DNA of 64,000 nucleotides from Leptospira sp. (GTDB taxonomy: Bacteria > Spirochaetota > Leptospiria > Leptospirales > Leptospiraceae): positions 32,001 to 96,000 of the forward strand of contig JAWXAQ010000002.1 in assembly GCA_034439575.1 (NCBI GenBank), written 5' to 3'. The translations under genes and the position numbers were made by a program. Each line of letters opens with the position of its first letter. Position 1 is the stretch's first letter. This document shows positions 19,549-29,664 of the stretch, in pieces. The notes under the pieces were generated by a model. It did no database searches. It had not been told where the DNA came from and saw only the letters and a program-made list of their open reading frames with translations.

Positions 19549-20466
19549 ATGAAAAACCTACTGATACTTTTTTACATTTTGATTACATTCACTTTCTCCT
19601 CATGTAAAGAGAAAGAAACACTTAAAATTGCCGGTTCCGAAACGATGAATGTCATGTTTAAGTACATTGGTGCGGAATATGAAGAAACCAATTCAGCAAT
19701 TAAAATCAAAGTTGAGGGTGGTGGGTCAGAATCTGGTATCGATAGACTCAGGAAAGGTGAAATCGACATAGCTATGTCTTCACGTGATTTAAACCAAATG
19801 GAATTTGAAGACCTTCGTCGAACAGGAAATTTAGAAAAGATTAGAATTGCTTACGATGGCATTGCAATTGTTGTTAATCAGACAAATAAACTCGAAAAAC
19901 TACACCTAACACAAATTTCAGATATTTTTTCTGGCAAAACCAAAAACTGGAAAGAGTTAGGTGGTAAAGATGAAAAGATTCAACTTGTTATCAGGAATGA
20001 TAAATCAGGTACTCAAGATTATTTTGAAAATCATATACTTAGACAAAAAGATTTATCACTTGCAGATTTTGAGAAAAACAAAAGTCTAAAACTCGATCCT
20101 TCTGCCAAAATAGTAAAAGACAATTCTGAAATGGCTGACTTTGTTAAGGCAAATCCATCTGCCATAGGTTATATGGGAATGGGAAGTGCGATTATCGATA
20201 ACAAAGAAAAGGTGAAAGCTCTCAATTATGCGAGAAAACCATCCGATCCATATGTTTTACCTTCTATAACAAACGTTTATGATAGAAAGTATCGTTTGGC
20301 GAGAGAATTATTTGTCGTATATAAATCAGACCAAGGCGGAAAAGTGGATGCTTTCCTTTCCTTTTTGACGGGTGAAGTAGGACAAGCCTTGGTATTAAAA
20401 TCTGGATATTTACGTGCTAGTCTGCCAGAAGTAGAAGTCAATAGTTCACAACCTAGCCCTAAGTAG
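19549..20466 (+). CDS. pstS: PstS-family phosphate-binding lipoprotein
   Basis: IAGSETM, GGGSESGI, DIAMSSR, AYDGIAIVVN, RNDKSGT. Confidence 0.88.
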   Translation: MKNLLILFYILITFTFSSCKEKETLKIAGSETMNVMFKYIGAEYEETNSAIKIKVEGGGSESGIDRLRKGEIDIAMSSRDLNQMEFEDLRRTGNLEKIRIAYDGIAIVVNQTNKLEKLHLTQISDIFSGKTKNWKELGGKDEKIQLVIRNDKSGTQDYFENHILRQKDLSLADFEKNKSLKLDPSAKIVKDNSEMADFVKANPSAIGYMGMGSAIIDNKEKVKALNYARKPSDPYVLPSITNVYDRKYRLARELFVVYKSDQGGKVDAFLSFLTGEVGQALVLKSGYLRASLPEVEVNSSQPSPK

Positions 20467-21913
20467 GTGATGACAATTTAAAAACTGTGGCGGGAGTTCC
20501 AACTCCTTTCAAAGTAGCAGAAAGTTTTTCAGATACAAATCCAGATTTTTGAATTTGGTCTTGGGTTCCTGGGGCATTCCAAATGGATTCAGAAACCCAA
20601 ATTTCACCCGAGCTCGCGAGTCCTTGGACTCGTGCAGCGATATTTACCGATTGGCCAAAATAATCCAACCTTTCATCATTAACAACCGCTAAAGCAGGAC
20701 CTTCATTAAGTCCGACTTTTAATCCAATGATATGACCATCATTTCCCCAAGATTGGTTCATATTTTCAATTTTTTTTAACATTTCTAATGAAGCCAACAA
20801 ACCTTCTGTAGGTGACGAAAATGTTGCCATAATGGCATCCCCCATAGTTTTAACAATGGCTCCTTTATATTCTCTAACGGTTTCGGTGAGTAAACGAAAA
20901 TGTTCCTGAACCAATCGATAGGCAAAAATATCGCCTGCTTTGTCATACATTTCTGTTGATCCGCGTAAATCTGTGAACATGATAGTTAAGGATTTTACAT
21001 TTAAATTTAAATCAGGAGACAATCTATGGATGCGAAACAAATCTCTAAACGATTGGTTGTTTAATAACATTTTTGCTGTTAAAAAAGGGGAGATGGTTGT
21101 GGGATGTTGTTTAACAATATTCATAAGTATTTCAACGTTAGGTGTGAGAATTTGGATTCCGGCAGTCCATCTAGATCTATTGTGAATCGTAAAATGATAC
21201 TTTCCCGGTTTTAAATTTTTGGTTTTAGGCAAGAAGCCTGTTTCTAAGAGATCAACAATCTGATTTGATTCAGTTCCATCTATCGTTTTATCTGCATAGA
21301 AAAAAGAGGCTGCGTTTCTATCAATAGATACAATTTGTAAAACAGAACCCGTATCTTCACCTAATTTCAGTTCAATTTCGATCTCTTTGGATTCATCCGG
21401 TGCTAAAACAAAAAAATGTTTGATCGTAGTTCTGATCCATGCTTGTAATTCTTTTGATTTGTTGTAATTTGCAGAAAAATAATATGTATAATATTCTTCT
21501 AATGAAGCAAAAGGATTTTTTTTGTTTTCTACGAGGGATGGATGTAACTCAAAGGCAACTTCTACTTGGTCATCAAGAAGTGTGGGTATATAAAAATTAC
21601 AAGCAACACAATGAAATTCGTGATTCTGAATTTCGTCCAATTTGTGGTGTGTATGAACTATTCCACCACATAACGGGCATAACAAATTATAAGCAAAATC
21701 AAACAAACCGACTTTGGTAGCATGCACAAAAAAATCCAAACTATCTTCTTCTGTGATTCCATTTTGTTTTGCAAAAAGAAGAGGGTTAATCCTTGTTAAT
21801 TTCCAATCATCTGAATTTCGAATCACACCTTCTGCTTTTTTTATCACCTCTGGTTTTAAGATAGGGAATGTGTTTAAATTGGAAAATTTTTGATTCAAAA
21901 TAGCTTCTTTCAT
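20459..21913 (-). CDS. Class III adenylate/guanylate cyclase with N-terminal DUF5939-like region containing a CxxC..CxxC ribbon
   Basis: FTDLRGST, KTMGDAIMATF, DYFGQSVNIAARVQ; CPLC/CVAC. Confidence 0.88.
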   Translation of the reverse strand: MKEAILNQKFSNLNTFPILKPEVIKKAEGVIRNSDDWKLTRINPLLFAKQNGITEEDSLDFFVHATKVGLFDFAYNLLCPLCGGIVHTHHKLDEIQNHEFHCVACNFYIPTLLDDQVEVAFELHPSLVENKKNPFASLEEYYTYYFSANYNKSKELQAWIRTTIKHFFVLAPDESKEIEIELKLGEDTGSVLQIVSIDRNAASFFYADKTIDGTESNQIVDLLETGFLPKTKNLKPGKYHFTIHNRSRWTAGIQILTPNVEILMNIVKQHPTTISPFLTAKMLLNNQSFRDLFRIHRLSPDLNLNVKSLTIMFTDLRGSTEMYDKAGDIFAYRLVQEHFRLLTETVREYKGAIVKTMGDAIMATFSSPTEGLLASLEMLKKIENMNQSWGNDGHIIGLKVGLNEGPALAVVNDERLDYFGQSVNIAARVQGLASSGEIWVSESIWNAPGTQDQIQKSGFVSEKLSATLKGVGTPATVFKLSSPT

Positions 21914-21934
21914 AAGTATCCTTTAGACTTGGGT

Positions 21935-22453
21935 TTAGTCGATTTTTGGGTCATAGGCGGCGACGTAGGGAAGATTTCTAAATTTTCCCGCATAATCCAA
22001 TCCATAACCGACCAAAAATTCATCCGAGATAATAAAACCGGGATAATGAACGGTAATTTTTGGATTTGCTTTTTCTTTTTTCCAGAATAGGGAGGATACC
22101 CGTAAATCTTTGGGCTTTTGATTTTCCAATTCATTGAGAATGGATTCTAATGTTTTACCAGTATCCACAATATCTTCGACAATCAAAACCGAACGTCCGG
22201 TTATCTGGTGTTTTAAATTTTTTGTGAAATTTACATGACCAGATGATACCTGTTCGTTGCCATAAGAAGAAGCACCCAAAAAATCAATTTCATGTGGGAT
22301 AGCAATGGCTCTGCATAAATCTGCTGTAAAAATAAAACCACCGTTTAATATGCCAATGATGACCAAGTCTGATCCCAAATAGTCTCTTGAAATTTCACGA
22401 CCTATCTCATCAACACGGGTTCGAATTCTATCTTCAGAAAATAATATTTTCAT
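21935..22453 (-). CDS. hpt: Hypoxanthine phosphoribosyltransferase
   Basis: LIVEDIVDTGKT, FLVGYGLDY, RNLP. Confidence 0.93.
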   Translation of the reverse strand: MKILFSEDRIRTRVDEIGREISRDYLGSDLVIIGILNGGFIFTADLCRAIAIPHEIDFLGASSYGNEQVSSGHVNFTKNLKHQITGRSVLIVEDIVDTGKTLESILNELENQKPKDLRVSSLFWKKEKANPKITVHYPGFIISDEFLVGYGLDYAGKFRNLPYVAAYDPKID

Positions 22454-22962
22454 AATTTACCAATTTGGCCTGGAATCCAGAATACTTTCAACTTTGACTT
22501 TCCGAAGGAAATATCTTTCCAATTTTCACATTCAGAATTCACTCCCAATAGAGAGGCTGTAGGAAATTTCGTAAAGCAAGATGCTTCGGGATTTCCAAAC
22601 AAAAGTCCACTCGCAAAATTTTCAAGTCCCGGATTATGCCCAACGATCAGAATTGATCTTACCATATTTGGAATTCCTTGGCATAAAAATAATAAATCCT
22701 CAGCATCCGACTCGTAAATGGAAGGAATAACATCTGGTTTGGGTAGTCTTAAAATTTCTTTGCGTAAATGGTGGTAGGTCTTTTCTGCACGGACTGCTTG
22801 CGAAACAAGTGCCATATCAACATCCAATTGGTAGTCTTGTAAAAAGTGGCGGAGAGCTTTGATTTGTTTTTTTCCCCTTTCGGAGAGTCCACGTTTTTCG
22901 TCGCTTTCGAATGGTTCGCTCCAATCCGACTTGGCATGTCTTAGTAAATAGATATGTTTCAT
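22450..22962 (-). CDS. sixA: SixA-family phosphohistidine phosphatase
   Basis: LLRHAKSDW, VGHNPG, FPTAS. Confidence 0.85.
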   Translation of the reverse strand: MKHIYLLRHAKSDWSEPFESDEKRGLSERGKKQIKALRHFLQDYQLDVDMALVSQAVRAEKTYHHLRKEILRLPKPDVIPSIYESDAEDLLFLCQGIPNMVRSILIVGHNPGLENFASGLLFGNPEASCFTKFPTASLLGVNSECENWKDISFGKSKLKVFWIPGQIGKL

Positions 22963-23008
22963 AACAATTGATTATAATCTATCTACAGCAAAACAAATGA
23001 CTAAATTG

Positions 23009-23638
23009 CTATTTTTGCATTTCTTTTTGGTATTTGGAGATTAACTCGTTATTGTTTTTGCAAGAAAATTTGGTTCTCATTTGGTTCAAATGGTATTCCA
23101 CTGTTTTGCGGGATTTATTTATCTTTTCTGCCACTTCGTTCTGAGAAAGTCCCTGTATTAATAAATTTAATATTTCTATTTGAAAGGTTGAAAATGGTAA
23201 AGTAACGGTACTGATACCTTCGGAAATAAAAAGATCCCCTTTCATAATCGATTCGATAACAGACGGTAGGTGTGAAATAGGATCTGACTTTAAAATGTAT
23301 CCATTTGCTTTTGATTTTAATGCGTCTTCTACATAAAGTTGTCCGGAATGAAGAGTGAACATCGCCACCTTTGTTTTAGGAAAATTTGCTTTTACTTCTC
23401 TAAGAATTTCAATCCCATTTACATCTGGCAGATCTATGTCCAATAAAAGAAAGTCCACTGAACTCGTACTTAGAAAATTTCGTAAATCATTGCCAGTGCG
23501 AAATTGTCCTAGAACTTGAAAGAAAGGGTTGGTTTTCAGGACCGATATGATTCCCTCTGTAACTACAGAGTGATCTTCTAAGATTGCAATTTTTATAGGT
23601 TCCACGTGTACTACTTTAAGAGATTTGAAATTCAACAT
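23009..23638 (-). CDS. NarL/LuxR-type response regulator (start 23638 or GTG 23605)
   Basis: ILEDH, LLDIDLPDVNG receiver; SRKTVEYH HTH. Confidence 0.9.
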   Translation of the reverse strand: MLNFKSLKVVHVEPIKIAILEDHSVVTEGIISVLKTNPFFQVLGQFRTGNDLRNFLSTSSVDFLLLDIDLPDVNGIEILREVKANFPKTKVAMFTLHSGQLYVEDALKSKANGYILKSDPISHLPSVIESIMKGDLFISEGISTVTLPFSTFQIEILNLLIQGLSQNEVAEKINKSRKTVEYHLNQMRTKFSCKNNNELISKYQKEMQK

Positions 23639-23644
23639 AACCAA

Positions 23645-26008
23645 ATGTTAAGACAATGCAAAGTCATTTTTGTAGTGATAGTACAATCTATACTTATTTC
23701 CTGCGGACAAACAATCCCTCAGGCATTTGCCCAAGATGGTTTGTTAAATGCTCAAAATTGGTACATCCCGAGATCCAATTTGGAACTGCGAGGTGAGTGG
23801 AGATTCTTTTGGCATGAATTTTTAGATGCCAATGAAGTGGACAGGCCAGATAAGATGAGTCTTTCTGCGGGAAAACATTGGACTTCTCTAAGAAAAGACG
23901 GGCAAAGCCTACCTAGTTTTGGGTATGGGACGTATCGATTGAATGTTTTACTGCCTGACAATCGTGACACTCTCGCATTGTACATTCCTGTGATGCATAC
24001 CGCTTACCGCGTGTACGTTGATGGCGAATTTTTATACGAAAATGGTGTCGTTTCGGAATTTGAAAGTTTCCATAAACCTTCATTTCATACAAAGGTCATC
24101 GCATTACGAGGACACAGAAAACACCTTCGGATACAAATCGATGTATCAAATTATACTCACAAAATCGCTGGCATGAAAGAAGTGATTCAGCTAGGTAGAA
24201 TTGATAATATATATGCCCATGTTTCAGGAGCGTATATATTTAATTGGTTTATTATTTTCTTCTTAAGTATACTTTCAATTTATCATTTCTTTTTGTATAA
24301 TCTCCGTCAGTCTGAGAAAGCTTCTTTTTATCTTGGATTTCTTTATTTAGGAATTCTGATCATGATACTCACTTTAGCAGAAGGAAGAATATTGTTTAAT
24401 ATGCTGCCTGATGTTTGGTGTATGTTGATCATACGATTGTCTGGAATAGGATTGCCACTCAGTATTTATATGGGAGCGAGAGTGCTTTATTATTTATTTT
24501 TGGATCACCGGTTTGATATACTGATTACTGTCTCAAAAATTTATGTAGTTTCGTATATTTTTACGTCCCTTTTCTCACCAAACGAATATATGGCAGAATG
24601 GACATATCGATTTGAATTTGTTTCTATATTTTTTATCATAGTTGGATTACTTCTAACATTAAGAGCCGTTATATATAGAAAAAAAGATAGTCTTTTGTAT
24701 TTGACGAGTTTGATTTTGATTTGTTTCGGTTCTATTCACGATACTCTCTATAATGGGAATTATGCGATCGGTTTGCATCCGCTTGGTTACTATAGTGTTA
24801 TTTTTTTTCTAATTCCCCAAACGTACATATTAACTAGGTCAATTGTTCAGATTTTTAAATCAGAAGAAAAGATCTCTCGTGCACTTATCAAAAGTAATGA
24901 AGATCTGGAAAATAAAGTCCAAGAACGAACCGTAGAACTGCAAAAGGCAAATCGTTGGAAGGCAAATTTTGTATCCTTAATGTCACATGATTTACGTTCA
25001 CCACTTATCGGTGTGAATCAAATTTTGGATGTATTGCAATTCAAACTATCAACGATACCTGATATAGAAAAGTATAAGTACATAACCATTTGCAAAGAAG
25101 GAATTCAAAATTCACTTCGCATGTTAAAATCATTGTTAGATATCAGTCGCTTTGATTCAGAGGGTATCAAACTCCAACAATCTCAGTTTTCTCTAAAATC
25201 ACTGATTACGGAAGTGACGTCTATACTTCATCCAATAGCAACTGTTAAAGATATCAAGTTAAATATAAATATTTTGCAGGATACGAATATTATTGGTGAT
25301 AGAGCATTATTAGAAGAAGTCTTCAAAAATATTTTAACAAATGCGATAAAGTTTTCTTATCCAAATTCCAGTATAGAAATTTCCGATAAAATCAAAGGAG
25401 ATTGGGTTTCCATAGAAATCAAAGACTTTGGCCTCGGTATGGAAGAAGATGTCGTTGCTAAAATATTAGGAGACAAAAATCCAAAAAGCCAAGTCGGTAC
25501 GAATGGCGAACTTGGGAGTGGCTTTGGCTTAAAATTATGTATCAATATTTTGGATGCTCATTTCAGTAAATTACGCATTCAAAGTGAACCTGGAAAAGGC
25601 TCAACATTTGAAATCCAATTTTCTAAATTGTTAAAATCAATTTTGTTAGTTGATGATTCGGATGGTTATAGAGCTGGACTTGCCGAAGAATTACGTAGGA
25701 GAAAATGGATCGTGATCGAAGCAAGGAATGGGGAAGAAGCTTTAGATCATTTAACTAGAATTAAGCCTACGCTGATTGTTACTGATAAAGAAATGCCTAT
25801 CTTAGATGGGATCGCATTTTTACACGAATGGGAAGCCATCAAAGGCAAACTAAACATTCCAATAGTTTTGATTAGTTCCGATGTATCCTTATCAGGTGAT
25901 AAAGACATTTTAGAAAAAGAAGAGCTGGAACATATGGTGGTTATGTTCCTATCAAAATTAATACCAATTCATAAGTTAGCAGAAAGAATTTCCAATACCT
26001 TTAAATAA
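23645..26008 (+). CDS. Hybrid sensor kinase: periplasmic domain + 7TM-DISM + HisKA/HATPase + receiver
   Basis: LRGEWRFFW, FGYGTYRL; 7 TM; SHDLRSPL, NAIKFS, GSGFGL; C-terminal LLVDDS...TDKEMP. Confidence 0.9.
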   Translation: MLRQCKVIFVVIVQSILISCGQTIPQAFAQDGLLNAQNWYIPRSNLELRGEWRFFWHEFLDANEVDRPDKMSLSAGKHWTSLRKDGQSLPSFGYGTYRLNVLLPDNRDTLALYIPVMHTAYRVYVDGEFLYENGVVSEFESFHKPSFHTKVIALRGHRKHLRIQIDVSNYTHKIAGMKEVIQLGRIDNIYAHVSGAYIFNWFIIFFLSILSIYHFFLYNLRQSEKASFYLGFLYLGILIMILTLAEGRILFNMLPDVWCMLIIRLSGIGLPLSIYMGARVLYYLFLDHRFDILITVSKIYVVSYIFTSLFSPNEYMAEWTYRFEFVSIFFIIVGLLLTLRAVIYRKKDSLLYLTSLILICFGSIHDTLYNGNYAIGLHPLGYYSVIFFLIPQTYILTRSIVQIFKSEEKISRALIKSNEDLENKVQERTVELQKANRWKANFVSLMSHDLRSPLIGVNQILDVLQFKLSTIPDIEKYKYITICKEGIQNSLRMLKSLLDISRFDSEGIKLQQSQFSLKSLITEVTSILHPIATVKDIKLNINILQDTNIIGDRALLEEVFKNILTNAIKFSYPNSSIEISDKIKGDWVSIEIKDFGLGMEEDVVAKILGDKNPKSQVGTNGELGSGFGLKLCINILDAHFSKLRIQSEPGKGSTFEIQFSKLLKSILLVDDSDGYRAGLAEELRRRKWIVIEARNGEEALDHLTRIKPTLIVTDKEMPILDGIAFLHEWEAIKGKLNIPIVLISSDVSLSGDKDILEKEELEHMVVMFLSKLIPIHKLAERISNTFK

Positions 26009-26018
26009 TTCTAAAAAT

Positions 26019-26588
26019 TTAAGTCAGAGAAATCCTTTCAAAATGATTCTTAATGTGAAATAAATGAGCATTTTCATAATCTTCTCTAGATAACTCACCA
26101 TAGGCGAAGTGTGGTTTCAAATCTTCGGTAGTTTTTTTCTGAAATAAATTGATAGCCTCAATTAATTCTTCTTTTCCAACAGAAAATATTGTATTTAAAT
26201 CAATTGGTGTCGCACCGGGAATAGGTTCTTCCAAACCATGATTCATTTTTCCTCTCATTGAAAAAATGGAAAAGGCAAGACTTCCCACCGTATTTCTGAA
26301 GAAAGCAGATTTCATATCCGGATAACCATCGATCGAATAACGTATGCTCTGTGCACAATGGGAAAGCACTGTCCCAATTGACCAAGTGCTTTCAATTTTC
26401 AAATTTTTTTCAACTGCGCTCAAACGTTCTAAGAGTACCAAAAATTCTTTTAGATTGGTAACTTTTTTTAATTCGCTGACTAATTCAGATTGATCTTGAA
26501 TTTCTTTCATTTGTGCCTTCAAAATTTTGGGAATAAATAATAAACTTCCCAATGCCATTATTTTTTTAATAAATGATCGACGATACAT
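26019..26588 (-). CDS. DUF1569/DinB-like protein with twin-arginine signal
   Basis: MYRRSFIK N-terminus; WSIGTVLSHC, PHFAYG, H..HIKNH. Confidence 0.75.
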   Translation of the reverse strand: MYRRSFIKKIMALGSLLFIPKILKAQMKEIQDQSELVSELKKVTNLKEFLVLLERLSAVEKNLKIESTWSIGTVLSHCAQSIRYSIDGYPDMKSAFFRNTVGSLAFSIFSMRGKMNHGLEEPIPGATPIDLNTIFSVGKEELIEAINLFQKKTTEDLKPHFAYGELSREDYENAHLFHIKNHFERISLT

Positions 26589-27326
26589 CTACTTGTCCTT
26601 AAAAACTACTGGTTTATTGGAATTTTTTCTTAATTGTATATTTAACATTTCAACAACAACAGAAAATGCCATGGCAAAATAGATATATCCTTTTGGAATA
26701 TGCATTTCCCAACCTTCGCCGAGTAATGCGAGTCCTATGAGAATCAAGAAACTAAGTGCTAGAATTTTGATCGTAGGGTGCCTATCTACAAAATCAGAAA
26801 TGGACCCACTAGCAAGCAACATAAATCCTACCGACAGTATGACGGCTGTTATCATAACTGCTAAATGATCTGTCATACCAACAGCCGTTATGACCGAATC
26901 GAGTGAAAAAACAATGTCAAGGATCATAATTTGAATGATGACATTTGTAAAAGATACTTTTTTCTTATCCCCACTTGCTGCATCAGCTTCCCCTTCTAGT
27001 TTATGGTGAATTTCTGTAGTTGATTTTCCGATTAAAAAGAGTCCACCTAAGATTAAAATTAAATCTCGCCCACTAATTTGATGATTCAAAATAGAAAATA
27101 GGGGAGTTGTTAATTTCATAATTAGAGAAAGAGAAAATAAAAGCATAACGCGTGTTAACATCGCCAAGATAAGCCCAACTTGTCTCGCACTTTTTTGTTG
27201 GTTTTTAGCAAGTCTTGAGGCAAGAATGGAAATAAAAATGATATTATCTATTCCTAGAACAATTTCCAAAGCAGTAAGTGTAATAAGTGCTATTAAAATA
27301 TTTGGGTCGGTTAAAAATTCGAGCAT
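26589..27326 (-). CDS. TerC-family integral membrane protein
   Basis: LEIVLGIDN, DIVFSLDSVITAVG, IPKGYIYFAMAFS. Confidence 0.92.
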   Translation of the reverse strand: MLEFLTDPNILIALITLTALEIVLGIDNIIFISILASRLAKNQQKSARQVGLILAMLTRVMLLFSLSLIMKLTTPLFSILNHQISGRDLILILGGLFLIGKSTTEIHHKLEGEADAASGDKKKVSFTNVIIQIMILDIVFSLDSVITAVGMTDHLAVMITAVILSVGFMLLASGSISDFVDRHPTIKILALSFLILIGLALLGEGWEMHIPKGYIYFAMAFSVVVEMLNIQLRKNSNKPVVFKDK

Positions 27327-27388
27327 GAAATTTCCTTTGTGCGTAAACTTAAATTTGAATTTTGGAAAAATCTAGCAAAAAAAGAATC

Positions 27389-28834
27389 TTAGTTTGAAAT
27401 CCTTACCAATTTCCAATCAACACAAATTTGACTCATTACTTCTTTTTGACCAAACAAAAGATTTTCATCCTTGGAAACGATTCCCCATGCAAAGGAATTT
27501 GGAACTTTTGAATCTAATTCTTTATCCCAATTTAGGTTGTGTACCCAGGGATAATAAATTCCTTCTTTTGTAAATGGGAGAAGATGGATGGATTCCATAC
27601 TGAATGTTCTTAAATATTTTACTGGCCAATAAGTGGATGACCCCTCTTTTACATTCCATAATTTCACAGTTCGGCTGACACAAAGTAGGCGATCGTCCAT
27701 TTTTAATTTAGCTATATTGATTTTATTTTGTATTTTAGGTTCCACCCAATAGCGATGTGAATAAAATAAAAGGCCAATGAGTAAAATATATGAGATAATT
27801 TTTGTGAATATTCTATTGTTTTTAAGAATGAAAAAAAACATAACAATGATAGAAATAGGTAAAAAATAAAAATAACGCGCATTTGGTTCTATTTGGCTAA
27901 ATTTTATAAAAAAGGATGTGAATACAAAGGCAAATGGTAAGATCCAAATTCGTAGTTCAAATTTTTGTTTAAACATTTTGTAAAATAAAATTAAACAAAA
28001 AACCCAAAAAGTGGGAATCATATATTCCGAAAGAGGTAGTTGTGGTAGGTGCGAAAAAAGATTTCCTATCAATGTAATGGGTTCATATGAGAAAAGAACC
28101 TTGGCATTTTCTATTGTTTCTTTCAACGGAAACTGTTTGATTTGAAACGAACCTATTCCTGTTTGTTTTTGTAAAAATTGAAATCCTTTCAATGTGATAA
28201 AACCGACTAACAGAGTAAAGATGCTCAATTTGGGTTTCAAGCTGGTAATGATGAATAAAGATAAAATAGGAAGTGTGTGAACAAAAAACCATAACTCAGA
28301 ATAGATTGAAATGCCTATAAGCAGTCCAAGGAGTATAGCTTTTGTTAATTCATTGAAAGAATCTTTTTTGATGATCCTTAGGGAGAGACCCAACATCAAA
28401 AATTCTGAAGCATGAAAACTTGGTAAAAAAAACTGGCCCCATTCCCTCGGAAACATTTCGCCTAATTTTAAAAAAGTGAGAGCTGTGATTAAGGAAATGA
28501 TGCGATTAAATCCAAAACTTCGCATCAGATAGATTATACTAATAAAACAAAAAAAAGAATAAAACCAGTGGATCCAGAAAATATCCGAGACAAAAATTTG
28601 AATCAGATACATCACCATTAAATCTGGAAAAAAACAATGAGAAGGCGGAGTCACCCAACCTAGAGCTAAACTGAATGAATTTGTAAGATCACGTATGAAA
28701 AGATAGGGATAAAGGGCATCACTATTTGTAACTGTACCAAAGTGATAATAATAAATGCTTTCAAAAGATGGCTGTAAAAACCAAAAAATAAATAAAACAG
28801 CCACCAACCGAAGAAATAAAAACATCTTGTTCAA
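27389..28834 (-). CDS. Polytopic membrane protein, possibly GT-C-like glycosyltransferase
   Basis: About 11 TM segments; NSDALYPYLF..D and FFPD acidic loop after TM1; C-terminal soluble domain. Confidence 0.5.
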   Translation of the reverse strand: MNKMFLFLRLVAVLFIFWFLQPSFESIYYYHFGTVTNSDALYPYLFIRDLTNSFSLALGWVTPPSHCFFPDLMVMYLIQIFVSDIFWIHWFYSFFCFISIIYLMRSFGFNRIISLITALTFLKLGEMFPREWGQFFLPSFHASEFLMLGLSLRIIKKDSFNELTKAILLGLLIGISIYSELWFFVHTLPILSLFIITSLKPKLSIFTLLVGFITLKGFQFLQKQTGIGSFQIKQFPLKETIENAKVLFSYEPITLIGNLFSHLPQLPLSEYMIPTFWVFCLILFYKMFKQKFELRIWILPFAFVFTSFFIKFSQIEPNARYFYFLPISIIVMFFFILKNNRIFTKIISYILLIGLLFYSHRYWVEPKIQNKINIAKLKMDDRLLCVSRTVKLWNVKEGSSTYWPVKYLRTFSMESIHLLPFTKEGIYYPWVHNLNWDKELDSKVPNSFAWGIVSKDENLLFGQKEVMSQICVDWKLVRISN

Positions 28835-28896
28835 TAATATTATTAAACATTAGATTGAAAATCATAAGAATAAAATTAAACTAATTTTTTGGATAA

Positions 28897-29574
28897 ATGA
28901 TGATTAAATATATTTACTTTCTTAATTTTATAAACATAGCAATCTTTTGCATAAATTGTCAGAATAAAAATAACTTTCATCATATTTCTGATTTTGTAAT
29001 AAATGAGAAAAAAAATCGTACTGTACTCATTTATAGAGATCAAAATTTACCTCCGCTAGGATCCGGTTGTATCATTAAAGATGGGTATGTACTTACAGCT
29101 CAACATGTATTAACAGATGCTTGGGATAAACTTTGGATTTCCTATGATGGGAATACATTAACGTCTGTAAATATTGTTAAGTCCGAGGCAAAATTTGATT
29201 TGGCATTACTTAAGATCATCGAATCAAATCAGGAATTTCCGAAAGACAATTTATCATTTATAGATCGAGAGAAATTAAATGTCGGAGACTATGCATTTGC
29301 CTGGACTGGTGCTTATGGAGCTCCGCCCGGTTTCTATTTAGGAATGATTTCTCATAAGAATCGTTTAAATTTTGATCCCATGTTTCCAAAAATTCCTTTT
29401 ATACAAGTGAACGGGATCGCATATCCTGGAGCTAGTGGTTCATGTGTCTTTGATGAAAAAGGAAATTGGATAGGAATTGTGAGAGCGGCGATTGGCATAC
29501 GTGAGGCGAGCCAAGTAGGATTGGTCATTCCGATCGGATTTGTGAATATACTTTTATTGCAATATTTTAAATAA
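28897..29574 (+). CDS. Trypsin-like (S1C) serine protease lipoprotein without PDZ
   Basis: GSGCII...VLTAQHV, DLALLKI, PGASGS triad. Confidence 0.85.
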   Translation: MMIKYIYFLNFINIAIFCINCQNKNNFHHISDFVINEKKNRTVLIYRDQNLPPLGSGCIIKDGYVLTAQHVLTDAWDKLWISYDGNTLTSVNIVKSEAKFDLALLKIIESNQEFPKDNLSFIDREKLNVGDYAFAWTGAYGAPPGFYLGMISHKNRLNFDPMFPKIPFIQVNGIAYPGASGSCVFDEKGNWIGIVRAAIGIREASQVGLVIPIGFVNILLLQYFK

Positions 29575-29613
29575 ATCTTAATATTTTTCCAATTTTTTTG
29601 TACAGATTTTTTT

Positions 29614-29642
29614 TTGACAATATTCGAGTTATATGGGATTGT
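29614..29642 (+). promoter_or_regulatory. Sigma70-like promoter
   Basis: TTGACA-N17-GATTGT with TG extension; AAGGAG RBS at 29651. Confidence 0.5.
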
Positions 29643-29664
29643 AGGTACTAAAGGAGCAAATCAA

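Noticed and set aside
29614-29664. TTG start extension of the lipoprotein
   Set aside because: The TTG is the -35 hexamer; RBS and signal peptide point to ATG 29665
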